DNA of 51,728 nt from Acidobacteriota bacterium (GTDB lineage: Bacteria; Acidobacteriota; Polarisedimenticolia; SMYD01). Both the position numbers and the translations under genes were made by a program. This document shows positions 18,854 through 32,271 of the stretch, piece by piece. The number at the start of each line of letters is the position of its first letter. Position 1 is the first letter of the stretch. Location: positions 1 through 51,728 of the forward strand of contig SMYD01000008.1 of assembly GCA_004356015.1 (NCBI GenBank), read 5' to 3'. The notes beneath the pieces are model-generated. The model was not told the DNA's origin. It was given only the letters and a program-made list of their open reading frames with translations, and searched no databases.

Positions 18854-20698
18854 ATGAAAAAGAGTGCGGTCGCAACTCTGGTCCTGGTGACCTGCCTGAT
18901 GGGTGCCTCCTCGACCCACGGAGAACAGCGGGCCCACTCGTGGGAAGTCAGTCCCTTCGTGGGGGGTCTCTCCGGCTCCAGTCTTCTCGGCGACTCCTCC
19001 GAGCCCATGGGCGGTCTTCGTGTTGGCTATAACCTGAACCGCTGGTGGCAGATCGAGTTGGGCTATAGCGACTTAGCCGACATGAATGTGAGCAATGTCG
19101 TCGGGAGCGTTCTCCAGCCCGCCACCCCTGTGAGCGGGGACCCGTTCTGGATCGTCGATCCCATCGAGGGATTGGTCGATAGTGACGGGGAGTTCCTGGA
19201 ACTGAACATGCTGCTCAGCACCAGGCCGGTGAAGAAACGGTTGACTTTCTACGGCACCGCCGGCCTGGGGCGGAGCCGCTTCCAGGGAAGTCTCACCCAG
19301 GAACAGATTCTTTCCGCGTTCCCCAGGGGACCCAGTCCGACCCCGGACACCTTTGATTTCAACGAGAACGGGTTGACCTCCGATCTGGTCGACGAGTTTT
19401 CCTGCGAGACCTGTGACCTGCGCTTCGATGATCCCCTGGATCCGGCCATCGACCCCGCTTGCAGCGACCCTTCACAACTGGAATGCTACGCCGTGCCCGA
19501 CGCTGTACCTGCGCGCTCTTTCATTGCCAGTGGTGAGGACCTGGATGAAATTCGTTTCACCCAGTGGAACGTCGGGGCGGGGATGCGCGTGCAGATGACG
19601 GATTCCATGTCCTTGCGCGTGGACCTGCGCAACTACCTGGCGGGAGACTACACCGCGCAAGTCCTGTCAGCGGGTCTCTCGTTCCGGTTCGGCGGTGAAA
19701 GTCCCATCGATGACGACGGTGATGGCATTCCCAGCTTCCGGGACAACTGCCCGGATACCCCTGCCGGTGCCACGGTGGACGGCCATGGCTGTCCTGCCGA
19801 TGGGGATGGTGACGAGATCCTGGACGGGTTGGACGACTGTCCCACCACGCCGGAAGGCTGGCCGGTGGATGACAACGGCTGTCCCACCGATGGCGATGGC
19901 GATGGTGTGCCCGATGGTCGGGATACATGTGACAACACACCCCTGGGTGCGGTGGTGGACTACGAGGGATGTCCCGTGGACTCCGATGGCGACCAGGTTC
20001 CTGATGGTCTCGACGACTGCATGGCGACACCCGAGGGCGCTCTGGTGGACGCTCAGGGCTGTGCTCTGGATGAAGACGGTGATGGCGTTCCCGATGGACT
20101 GGACACCTGCGAGGGCACACCGGCGGGCCTGCCTGTGGATGCCGATGGCTGTCCCATCGACTCGGACGGCGACGGCCTCAAGGATGATGTGGATGCCTGC
20201 CCGGCGTTTGCCGGTCCGGGGGGCGTCGATGAGGAAGGCTGCCCACGCTTCCGCATGGATAAGACAGCCCGTATCTCCATGCCCGGTGTGACCTTTGCCT
20301 TCGGCTCGTCGGTCCTTACCGACGCCGGCAAGGAAGAACTGGGAGCCCTTGTGGCGGCGCTCAACTTCTATGACGACCTGATCTTCGAAATCGAAGGTCA
20401 CACCGACGATGTGGGTTCCGAGAGGGATAACTTCCTGATCTCCATGGATCGTGCCCGCTCGGTGCGGCGCTTCCTGGCGGATGCCGGCATCAACCCCGAC
20501 CGCATGAGTATCCGCGGCTACGGGGAGATTCGGCCCATCGCCGATAACACCACGAAGGAAGGACGTGCCTTGAACCGTCGCATCGAGGTCTTTGTCACCG
20601 GGGTTCTGGAGGTTCCCGAGGAAGAACCCGGAGAGCAGGTCGAGGATGAGGCGGACTCCGAGGCCGGCGATGAGGTCGAGGGAGAAACGGGCGAGTAG
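18854..20698 (+). CDS. OmpA-family outer-membrane protein (beta-barrel, thrombospondin type-3 repeats, peptidoglycan-binding domain)
   Basis: Signal peptide; barrel strands; DxDGDG...CP repeats; IEGHTD, RA.SV, GYGE..P, NRRIE. Confidence 0.93.
   Translation: MKKSAVATLVLVTCLMGASSTHGEQRAHSWEVSPFVGGLSGSSLLGDSSEPMGGLRVGYNLNRWWQIELGYSDLADMNVSNVVGSVLQPATPVSGDPFWIVDPIEGLVDSDGEFLELNMLLSTRPVKKRLTFYGTAGLGRSRFQGSLTQEQILSAFPRGPSPTPDTFDFNENGLTSDLVDEFSCETCDLRFDDPLDPAIDPACSDPSQLECYAVPDAVPARSFIASGEDLDEIRFTQWNVGAGMRVQMTDSMSLRVDLRNYLAGDYTAQVLSAGLSFRFGGESPIDDDGDGIPSFRDNCPDTPAGATVDGHGCPADGDGDEILDGLDDCPTTPEGWPVDDNGCPTDGDGDGVPDGRDTCDNTPLGAVVDYEGCPVDSDGDQVPDGLDDCMATPEGALVDAQGCALDEDGDGVPDGLDTCEGTPAGLPVDADGCPIDSDGDGLKDDVDACPAFAGPGGVDEEGCPRFRMDKTARISMPGVTFAFGSSVLTDAGKEELGALVAALNFYDDLIFEIEGHTDDVGSERDNFLISMDRARSVRRFLADAGINPDRMSIRGYGEIRPIADNTTKEGRALNRRIEVFVTGVLEVPEEEPGEQVEDEADSEAGDEVEGETGE
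19706..20245 (+). repeat. Six tandem 90-bp (30-aa) thrombospondin type-3-like repeats
   Basis: Unit xDxDGDGxxDxxDxCxxTPxGxxVDxxGCP repeated six times in frame (540 bp). Confidence 0.92.
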
Positions 20699-20728
20699 CC
20701 CCCGGCCGGGATCAGCTTTCGCCCGTGT

Positions 20729-21136
20729 CTACACCCCGTAGGGAGGGGGGTCGTCACTGCTGGAGGATGAGCCGGCGGAAGGAACAGCCGGACGGGTGGC
20801 GGGTGTGCCACGTCCGCCGCGGAACGGGCCCCGGTGCACCGGCACCTCTTCAGCCGCCGGTGGTGGCGCGGGCATGGGGAGTTCATCGCGCAGAAGATCC
20901 CGTTCCCGCTGCAGACGCCGGTTGGCGATACGCAGGCGAATGCCATCTGCCAGGGAGAGGACGCCCATGAACAGGGCCCCCACGGCCAGTGCCGTCAGCA
21001 CCAGGTAGATCTGCGGCATACCGCGCAGGTCGGTCCAGGGCAGGGCCACATCCACCCGCTCATCCACGTTGAGAATGGCATAGGTGCCCAGGGATGCCAC
21101 CAGGACCACCATCAGGAACAGAGCCGTGATACGCAT
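20729..21136 (-). CDS. LapA-domain (LPS assembly protein A-like) membrane protein
   Basis: TM-N..V-TM topology, then a basic coiled segment (RLRIANRRLQRE); last gene of the kds operon. Confidence 0.65.
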   Translation of the reverse strand: MRITALFLMVVLVASLGTYAILNVDERVDVALPWTDLRGMPQIYLVLTALAVGALFMGVLSLADGIRLRIANRRLQRERDLLRDELPMPAPPPAAEEVPVHRGPFRGGRGTPATRPAVPSAGSSSSSDDPPPYGV

Positions 21137-21183
21137 CGCTATCTCCTTGTCCTCACCCCGGAAGGGTAGCGAACAAATCGCTG

Positions 21184-21726
21184 TCAGGCCAGAAGCGGTG
21201 CGACCAGCTCATCCCAGCGGCCCTGGGCGTGCAGCAGGTATTCCACCAGTTCCCGCACGGCACCGGCACCACCGGGCCGGCTGCTGACCCAGATGGCCGC
21301 CCGGCGGGCTTCCTGGTGGGCATCGGCCACGGCCGCCCCCAGGCCCACGCGGCGCAGGATCGGCACATCAACAAGATCGTCACCCATGTAGGCGACCTGG
21401 TCCGCATCCATGCCGCGGCGCCGGCACCAGGCTTCAAACACCGGTAGCTTGGGGAAGGCACCCGAAAGAACATCCGGGATGTCCAGTTCTCGCGCCCGCC
21501 GTTCCACAACCGAGGAGCGGCGGCCCGTCAGGAGGGCCACCTGCCAGCCGGCTTCCCGGGCAAGCCTGAGCCCTAACCCGTCATGGCAGTGGAAGGACTT
21601 GGCCTCCTGGTCGGGTCCTTGCGGCAGGTAGAGCAGTCTGCCGTCGGTGAGGACGCCGTCCACGTCCAGGACCAGAGCGCGCACCTGGCGCGCGCGATCC
21701 AGGATCGCCTGCTCGCTGAGAGACAT
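21184..21726 (-). CDS. kdsC: Kdo-8-phosphate phosphatase
   Basis: LDVDGVLTDG, YMGDDLVD, GGAGAVRE. Confidence 0.95.
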   Translation of the reverse strand: MSLSEQAILDRARQVRALVLDVDGVLTDGRLLYLPQGPDQEAKSFHCHDGLGLRLAREAGWQVALLTGRRSSVVERRARELDIPDVLSGAFPKLPVFEAWCRRRGMDADQVAYMGDDLVDVPILRRVGLGAAVADAHQEARRAAIWVSSRPGGAGAVRELVEYLLHAQGRWDELVAPLLA

Positions 21727-22717
21727 CAGACCATGCCCATGCGCCAGAGGTCATGGAGATGGACCACGCCCACGGGGCGCTGGTCCTTCCCGGCCACCAC
21801 AAGGCTGGTGATCTTGTGGCTTTCCATGAGGCGGAGGGCTTGGGAGGCCAGGGCGTCGGGTGCGATGGTGCGCGGGCTGGCGCTCATGACACCAGCCGCC
21901 CGGAAGGCGAGAAGGTCACGGGCCGAGCCCTCGGCCAGATCGTTCGCCAGCAGCCGGCGAAGATCCCCGTCGGTGATGACACCGGCCAGGCGGCCGTCCG
22001 GCCCGGTGACCACGGCCATGCCCAGCCGGCCGGCGCTCATGATCCCGATGACCTCTCCCAGGGGTGTCTCCGGGGTCACCAGAGGGACTGCGGCGCCTTG
22101 ATGCATCATGTCCCGCACCCGGCGCAGGCGCGCGCCCAGGCGTCCGCCCGGATGAAGGGCGGCGAAATCTTCGTCACGAAACCCTTTTCGCTTCAGCAGG
22201 GCCATGGCCAGGGCGTCGCCCATCACCAGAGCCGCCGTGGTGCTGGCGGTGGGCGCCAGCCCCATGGGACAGGCTTCGGCGGAGACGCCCACGTCGAGCA
22301 CCACATCGGCGTACCTCGCCAGGGTGGAGTCTTTTTTGCCGGTGAGGGCGATGAGGCTGACATCCAGCCTCTTGATGGTCTCCAGCAATCGGCCGATCTC
22401 CTCCGTCTCGCCGGAATGGCTGAGAGCAATGACCAGGTCATGAGTCGTGACAATGCCGAGATCTCCGTGGACCGCCTCGGCCGGGTGGAGAAACTGGGCA
22501 GGTGTGCCGGTGGACGAGAAGGTGGCGGCCAGCTTGCGGGCGATGATCCCGGATTTGCCCATGCCGGTGGTGATCACCCGGCCCCGACAGCCGGACAGGA
22601 GTTCCACCGCCTGGATGAACTGTTCATCCAGGCGCTCCAGCAGCCCCAGGATGGCATCGGCTTCCACCTGCAGGACGCGGCGGGCTTCCTCCAGATCCGG
22701 GTGCTGGTCCTTTGGGG

Positions 22718-22721
<4 letters not shown>
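21726..22721 (-). CDS. kdsD: Arabinose-5-phosphate isomerase (KpsF/GutQ, SIS plus CBS domains)
   Basis: GMGKSG, HPAEAVHGDLG, APTASTT, HPGG.LG, CBS pair. Confidence 0.96.
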
Positions 22722-25440
<2,719 letters not shown>

Positions 25441-25467
25441 TCATCCTAATGGAGCAGGGTCCTACCG

Positions 25468-26211
25468 TCAAGGAGTATCGGCGCGCAAAAGCGCGGCCAC
25501 CCGGGCCAGATCCTGCGGTGTGTCAATGCCGGGAAAGGCCCGCCGGATGAGGATGACACGCAGGCGGCGCCCATGCTCCAGGAGGCGGAGTTGTTCCAGG
25601 CCCTCCGCGCACTCCAGAGTGCCTGGAGGCCATTTGCTGAACTCCTCCAGGAGCTCCCGGCGGAAGGCATAAAGGCCTATATGGTGTAGAAAGTTGGCTT
25701 CGGCCTCCTGGTTCCGGTGGAACGGGACAGGGGAGCGGGAGAAATAGAGTGCGTCGCCGTTGGCCGCGGTCACGACCTTCACCAGGTGGGGGTCATGGAC
25801 ATCGTCATCCCTGGCAAGAGGTGCCGCCAGAGTCGTGGCCTCCACGTCGTTGTCCGCCAGCAGGGGAGCCACGGCGGCGTCCATGGCTTCCGGATCCAGG
25901 AGGGGCTCATCACCCTGGATATTCACCACGATCCGGCAAGAGGTGGCCAGGGCCACCTCGGCGACCCGATCGGTTCCTGAAGGATGGTCCGCTGCTGTCA
26001 TCATCGCCTCGCCGCCGAAGCCGATCACGGCGGCGAGGATCCTCTCATCGTCGGTGGCCACCACCACCCGGCCAATGCTGCGGGCTGCTGTGGCGTGGCG
26101 CCAGACATGTTCCACCAGCGGCAGGCCCGAAAGATCGGCCAGGGCCTTGCCGGGGAAGCGGGTTGAGCCCCAGCGGACGGGAATCACGGCAAGGACATCC
26201 TGTCGGGTCAC
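25468..26211 (-). CDS. kdsB: CMP-Kdo synthetase
   Basis: IPVRWGSTRFPGK, SGTDR, NIQGDEP, ALYFSRSP, LEQLR. Confidence 0.96.
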   Translation of the reverse strand: MTRQDVLAVIPVRWGSTRFPGKALADLSGLPLVEHVWRHATAARSIGRVVVATDDERILAAVIGFGGEAMMTAADHPSGTDRVAEVALATSCRIVVNIQGDEPLLDPEAMDAAVAPLLADNDVEATTLAAPLARDDDVHDPHLVKVVTAANGDALYFSRSPVPFHRNQEAEANFLHHIGLYAFRRELLEEFSKWPPGTLECAEGLEQLRLLEHGRRLRVILIRRAFPGIDTPQDLARVAALLRADTP

Positions 26212-26311
26212 ATGGCCTCCGGCGGCGTCGGGAGCAGGGGCGCCGTGGCGGCATCGTAGGCAACGGCGGCAGCGGAATCAAGGCGAGCGACGGGAGGGCT
26301 ATAGTGGGGCC

Positions 26312-27355
26312 ATGTTCCGCTGGACCCGAGCTGGAGTCGAGGACCGCTGGCACAACCCGGATCGCCCCGGCGGGTATGAGTGGTGGGGTTTCGAGGCTCT
26401 GGATGTTGATCGCCGCCTGGCTTTTTCACTGCGCATCGCTGCCGGTGATCCCATGGATCCGGAATACGCGGTCGGCATGGCCCGGACGCCGGGCAGTCGG
26501 GGCGCTCTGGCGCGGGACCACATTCTGGTGCGGGCGGTTCTGTACCGGGATGGCCGCAGGGTCATGGCCCGCTCGTTCCGGCCCGACCCCGACACGTTCC
26601 GGGCCAGTTCCACCTCCGGTGCGGTCCAGGCAAAGGGCATCCGTGTGACGGTGGAAGAGACAGCCGGAGGCCGCACTTACCGGGTGGAGCTGGAGCCCGG
26701 CACGGTTCTTGAGTTCGCCGGGCCGCCAGGCCGTCCGCCTGCGTCCGGGACGCCGGACGGGCCTGTCTGGGATCTGGCCTGGTTGAACCTCGCGGTGAGC
26801 GGGCGGATCCGTCTGGGCCACGGCCACGCCGCCGAGACCGCCACATTCTCAGGGCGGGGTGTTCACGACCACGGTTATGGCCCGGTCTCGCCCCTGAGCA
26901 AGGTCCGGTCATGGGCCTGGGGCTGGGGGCATGCCTGGGAATACGGCATCGCCTGGCGCCAGGTGCACCTGGTCTCCGGTGAGGTGGACACCCTGCTGCT
27001 GCTGGACAAGGAGGGCGAGCCGTTTCTTGCGGAGGCGGCCCGCTCCCGTCCCTTCCGCAGGCGTTATTCGCTGCTGGGCATCCCCTACCGTCGGCAGTGG
27101 CGACTGGACACGCCCTCCGGTGTCGGTCTGGCCGTGGAACGCCAGGCGACCCTGGGATCCAGCCCGGTGGGCATGCGCCTGCTCACCAACCTGCGCCTGA
27201 TGGTACCCCGCCCCGAGACACGCATGCGCCTGGTGGACGGGATCGGTATGTCCTCGGTGGCCCGGCCGCAGCGCGCCCGGCTGCGCTCTCTGCGCTGGCT
27301 GGTGCGTGCCCGGGAGAGCTGGACGACCCGATCGGCGGGCGGCCAGTTTTCCTAG
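26312..27355 (+). CDS. CrtC (carotenoid 1,2-hydratase)/tocopherol-cyclase-like beta-fold protein
   Basis: PGGYEWWGFE, GRGVHDHGYG and W.WGWGH resemble CrtC-like motifs. ATG 26312; the upstream part of ORF 25760.. is antisense to kdsB. Confidence 0.6.
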   Translation: MFRWTRAGVEDRWHNPDRPGGYEWWGFEALDVDRRLAFSLRIAAGDPMDPEYAVGMARTPGSRGALARDHILVRAVLYRDGRRVMARSFRPDPDTFRASSTSGAVQAKGIRVTVEETAGGRTYRVELEPGTVLEFAGPPGRPPASGTPDGPVWDLAWLNLAVSGRIRLGHGHAAETATFSGRGVHDHGYGPVSPLSKVRSWAWGWGHAWEYGIAWRQVHLVSGEVDTLLLLDKEGEPFLAEAARSRPFRRRYSLLGIPYRRQWRLDTPSGVGLAVERQATLGSSPVGMRLLTNLRLMVPRPETRMRLVDGIGMSSVARPQRARLRSLRWLVRARESWTTRSAGGQFS

Positions 27356-28161
27356 TACTGGATGAGGGTGCCCTCCAGGCGTGCCCGCCTCAGGGCCAGG
27401 TGAAAGATGGCCAATCCCAGGGGCAGGAAGATTGCGGCGAAGATGGTCAGATACTGGAGGTGGGGCCAGATCGCCGGAAGATCGGCGCTCTTCACGATCA
27501 ACTGCCGGAACCCTTCCACGGCGTGGGTGATGGGCAGCAGATGCGCCAGCATCTGCGCGCCCTCCGGTAGGATGGAGATGGGGAAGAAGACCCCTCCCAG
27601 CAGGGTCGAGCCGGAGGCCAGCAACCAGGTCACCGGGTCGCCCCTCTTGAAATAAATCACCATGCCCGCTGACAGGATGCCGATGCTGGCGAAGGAGGCC
27701 ATGACGACCACGAGCAGCAGGGCCGCCGGCAGCAGCGCCGGCAGATGAAAGGCGGCACCGAACATGCGGCCCATGAACAGCCAGGCCAGGATCCAGAGGG
27801 TCGAGGAGACAAGTTCATAGGCCGAGGACATGAGCACCAGGACTGACGTGCGGTTGGGCGTGACCAGCATGGCCTCGAGAGTGCCGGCCACCTGCTCCTG
27901 GCGCACCTTGCTCGCGAAGGTCGAGTTGAGGCGGGAGAGGTAGCGCAGGAAAGCGATGCCCACCACCGAATAGGAGAAGTAGTCCATCCCTCCCAGGCTC
28001 TCGGCCAGTTGCGGGAAGCGGGCGAAGAAGCTGCCGAGGAAGTACCAGACCGTGAGGCTGGCCAGGACACCCACTATCTGCATGATGAAATTGGTGCGGT
28101 AGGAGACTTCCTGGAGGAAGTCCCGCACCAGGAAGGCCCAGAGGCGCGATCCGCTCTTCAC
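27352..28161 (-). CDS. ABC-2 type exporter permease
   Basis: About six TM segments, EQVAGTLE, GVFFPISILP, LPITHAVEGFR. Confidence 0.92.
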   Translation of the reverse strand: MKSGSRLWAFLVRDFLQEVSYRTNFIMQIVGVLASLTVWYFLGSFFARFPQLAESLGGMDYFSYSVVGIAFLRYLSRLNSTFASKVRQEQVAGTLEAMLVTPNRTSVLVLMSSAYELVSSTLWILAWLFMGRMFGAAFHLPALLPAALLLVVVMASFASIGILSAGMVIYFKRGDPVTWLLASGSTLLGGVFFPISILPEGAQMLAHLLPITHAVEGFRQLIVKSADLPAIWPHLQYLTIFAAIFLPLGLAIFHLALRRARLEGTLIQY

Positions 28162-29201
28162 GGCGTGCTCCCTTCCGAGAACAGCCGGTCGAAGATATCC
28201 TCCAGCGACGGTTCCTGGCGGGTGAATTCCAGGACCCGGGCGCCGGAGGTGGCGAGGCGCGCCATGAGGGCCGACAGGGCGCCATCGCTGTCCTGGTCCA
28301 ACTCCACCAGGAGGCGCACCCGGTGGCTGTCTGCGGTGTCCCGGGGGGCGCCGTTCTCCTCGCCGTCGGCGTTGTCGCTTACCAGCCGGCCCACGCCCTC
28401 CAGATTCACCTGCCGGTCCAGGTCGATGCGATAGGTGCGATGGGCGGCGAAGAGAGCGCGGAACTCATCCAGGCGGCCGACACGCCGCACCTGCCCACGG
28501 TTGAGGATGGCCATGCGATGGCAGAGCCCGGCGGCCTCATGGAGGTTATGGGTGGCCATCAGGATGGTCTTCCCACCCTCTCCGGCGAGCTTGTCGCGGA
28601 TGAATTCGCGGATATGCCGCGCCGTCACCGGGTCGAGGCTGCGAGTGGGCTCGTCCAGAAAGAGAATGGGGGGGTCGTGCAGGAGGGCGCGGGCGATGGC
28701 CAGGCGCTGTTTCATGCCCGACGAGAAGGCCGAGAACGGCTCGTTGCCCTTGGCCTGAAGCTCCACCCGGCGCAGGAGGCTGTCCACGCGCTCCGAGATG
28801 ATGGCGGCCGGCACATGAAAGAGGCGGGCGAAGAAGATCAGGTTCTGCCGCCCGCTGAGGCGCCAGTAGAAGGAGCGTTCATCGGAGGTGACGTACCCGA
28901 TGGCACGGCGCACCCCCATCTCATCCTGCATGATGTCGCAGCCGTTGACCCGGGCCTCGCCTGCGTCGGGGAGTACAAGGCTCGACAGGATCTTGAGGAG
29001 AGTGGTCTTGCCGGCGCCGTTGGGACCCAGGAGGCCGAAGATCTCACCCTGCCGGACTTCCAGGTCCACTCCCTGGAGGGCGACGATCTTTCGACCCTTG
29101 GTGAAAGGATGGCGAATCAACTCCGAGATCTTGCGCCGGCTGCTGAACGACTTGCACAGTCCGCGGGTGAACACCGCCGGGTCATGAGGAGATCTGGGCA
29201 T
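28158..29201 (-). CDS. ABC exporter ATP-binding protein
   Basis: GPNGAGKTT, FSSGMKQR, LFLDEPT, H-loop ATH. Confidence 0.95.
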   Translation of the reverse strand: MPRSPHDPAVFTRGLCKSFSSRRKISELIRHPFTKGRKIVALQGVDLEVRQGEIFGLLGPNGAGKTTLLKILSSLVLPDAGEARVNGCDIMQDEMGVRRAIGYVTSDERSFYWRLSGRQNLIFFARLFHVPAAIISERVDSLLRRVELQAKGNEPFSAFSSGMKQRLAIARALLHDPPILFLDEPTRSLDPVTARHIREFIRDKLAGEGGKTILMATHNLHEAAGLCHRMAILNRGQVRRVGRLDEFRALFAAHRTYRIDLDRQVNLEGVGRLVSDNADGEENGAPRDTADSHRVRLLVELDQDSDGALSALMARLATSGARVLEFTRQEPSLEDIFDRLFSEGSTP

Positions 29202-29233
29202 GGGGAAGCGAGGGTGCGCCGGTTCCGCGTGCT

Positions 29234-29659
29234 TCAGGGTTGGCTGTCGCCGGCAAGGGCGAGGCGCAGGATGTCCACCAGGGCAGAGACCCATGCCGCC
29301 GGGAGAGGGGCTTCGGGATCTGCAGCATCACTGTGCACGCGCAGGCCCGCCGCGACGAACATGGTCGCTGCCCGGACGGCACTGAGCGGGGCGGAGAAGT
29401 CCACCTCGCCCTCCAGGGCCAGGCCGGAAGATCGCAGGAAAGTGAGGGCCTCGGCAGGCGGGACGGTGGCGGGAAGATCGGGGTTCAACGCGTGGGCCAG
29501 GTCGCTGAGAAAAGTGCCCACGGTGACCACCTTTCGGGCGGCCCGGGCCGCTTCAGGAGCCTCGGAGTCGGCCGGATCCTGGCCCGCCGGCACAGGCGGG
29601 GCCAGAACAGCCAGCAGCGGGATGAGCAGCAGTATTTTTGTTGCCTGCGTGATGATCAC
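29234..29659 (-). CDS. Hypothetical secreted protein
   Basis: Signal peptide (KILLLIPLLAVLA), 141 aa, co-oriented upstream of the ABC pair. Confidence 0.6.
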   Translation of the reverse strand: MIITQATKILLLIPLLAVLAPPVPAGQDPADSEAPEAARAARKVVTVGTFLSDLAHALNPDLPATVPPAEALTFLRSSGLALEGEVDFSAPLSAVRAATMFVAAGLRVHSDAADPEAPLPAAWVSALVDILRLALAGDSQP

Positions 29660-29699
29660 ACGGCCAGTCTAGCTGAAAACCCCCCTTGGAGGTGGTACC

Positions 29700-30956
<1,257 letters not shown>

Positions 30957-30979
30957 AGCCCGGTACGCGGGAGAAACCC

Positions 30980-31540
30980 ATGCCGCGCATTACCAGGGTG
31001 TACACGCGTACCGGCGATGATGGCAGCACGGCCCTTGGGGATGGGGCCAGGGTGGCCAAAGACGCGGTACGGGTGAGAGCGTTCGGAACGGTGGATGAAT
31101 TGAATTCCATGGTCGGCGTGGTGCGGGCCGCCGGCCTGCACGAGGATCTTGCTCAGCCCATGGCCACAGTGCAGAACGAACTGTTTCACCTGGGGGCCGA
31201 GTTGTGCAGGCCTCCGGCGGCAGGTGCGCCCAAGGGTCCCTGCATCGAGGAGCGTCACGTGCAGGAGCTGGAGAAACTCATGGACCGGCTCATGGTGGAT
31301 CTGCCGCCCCTGGAAAACTTTGTCCTTCCCACCGGCACCCCGGCAGCCGCCCATCTGCACATGGCCCGCGCCATCTGTCGCCGGGCGGAGCGCCGGGTGC
31401 TGACCTTGTCTCGCGAGGAGTCCGTCGGCCCTCACGCCTTGATCTATCTGAATCGCCTGTCGGACGCTCTGTTCGTCATGGCCCGGTATGAAAACCTCAG
31501 GCACCATGTTCCGGATACCCTCTGGGACAGCCGCGCCTGA
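30980..31540 (+). CDS. ATP:cob(I)alamin adenosyltransferase, PduO type
   Basis: VYTRTGDDGST, GTVDELNS, RAICRRAER, YLNRLSD. Confidence 0.95.
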   Translation: MPRITRVYTRTGDDGSTALGDGARVAKDAVRVRAFGTVDELNSMVGVVRAAGLHEDLAQPMATVQNELFHLGAELCRPPAAGAPKGPCIEERHVQELEKLMDRLMVDLPPLENFVLPTGTPAAAHLHMARAICRRAERRVLTLSREESVGPHALIYLNRLSDALFVMARYENLRHHVPDTLWDSRA

Positions 31541-31556
31541 GCAGGAGACTGATCCG

Positions 31557-31961
31557 ATGACCGATACCGTGCAAGTCGGCGCCCAGGTCGAGGCCCAATG
31601 CGGCCGTTGCCACGACGCCACCAACCACATCATTCTGACCATGGATAAGGGCAAGGCCAAGCGCGCCCGCTGCACGGCGTGCGAAGCTGAGCATCTGTAT
31701 CGCAAGCCCAGGGGCAAGGAAGATAAACCGCCGCGCAGGGCAGGGTCGCGAAAGGATGATCCGGAGACGGCCTACAAGAAGGTGCTCGAGGAGACGCCGC
31801 CCGGCGAGGCGGTGAAGTACTCGGTGAAGGCCCATTTCAAGGCAGGCCAGCGGGTCGCGCACAAGAGCTTCGGCGAGGGCGTCGTCCTGCGCATCATGCG
31901 GCCTCAGGTGGCGGAGGTCATCTTCCTGGATGCCACGCGCCTGCTGGCCATGGACCGCTGA
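31557..31961 (+). CDS. Hypothetical zinc-ribbon protein
   Basis: CGRC...H...CTAC...H, then a C-terminal H..FG.G.V SH3/Tudor-like segment; ATG after AGGAG. Confidence 0.8.
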   Translation: MTDTVQVGAQVEAQCGRCHDATNHIILTMDKGKAKRARCTACEAEHLYRKPRGKEDKPPRRAGSRKDDPETAYKKVLEETPPGEAVKYSVKAHFKAGQRVAHKSFGEGVVLRIMRPQVAEVIFLDATRLLAMDR

Positions 31962-31970
31962 CAGGCCAGG

Positions 31971-32240
31971 CTACTCGGGGCAAGTCACCCGGGTGGGTAT
32001 GCTCCGGCCACAGGCCAGAGAGCCGGCCCGCCCCGAAGCCAGTGCCGCACAGGCGACATCGGTCGCCGCGAGGATGGCCTCATCCCGGGTCGGGCCCGCT
32101 GCCGATGCGCAGTTGGTCCTGCCGTCGTAGGTGATGCAGGCCTCGCATTCGACCCGCGGCGTGTTGAAACTGGACCAGATGATGGCACCCATGAGAAGGA
32201 GCATGCCCACTAGGGCCAGAATGCCGGTTCGCCGCATCAC
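31971..32240 (-). CDS. Small membrane-anchored six-cysteine protein
   Basis: N-terminal TM helix, then CEAC...C...C...C...C in about 60 aa. Confidence 0.75.
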   Translation of the reverse strand: MMRRTGILALVGMLLLMGAIIWSSFNTPRVECEACITYDGRTNCASAAGPTRDEAILAATDVACAALASGRAGSLACGRSIPTRVTCPE

Positions 32241-32271
32241 GTTCTCCCATCCCCGCCGAGGGGGTTCGTAG

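Noticed and set aside
19706-20245. Regular 90-bp periodicity as a possible CRISPR array
   Set aside because: In-frame degenerate protein repeats with synonymous variation; no identical repeats with unique spacers and no cas genes.
26208-26220. ATG-TGA minimal ORF overlapping the kdsB GTG start
   Set aside because: The ATG is only 2 nt from GGAGG, too close for efficient initiation; probably chance.
25760-26311. N-terminal extension of the 531-aa ORF
   Set aside because: Antisense to kdsB; family similarity starts at ATG 26312.
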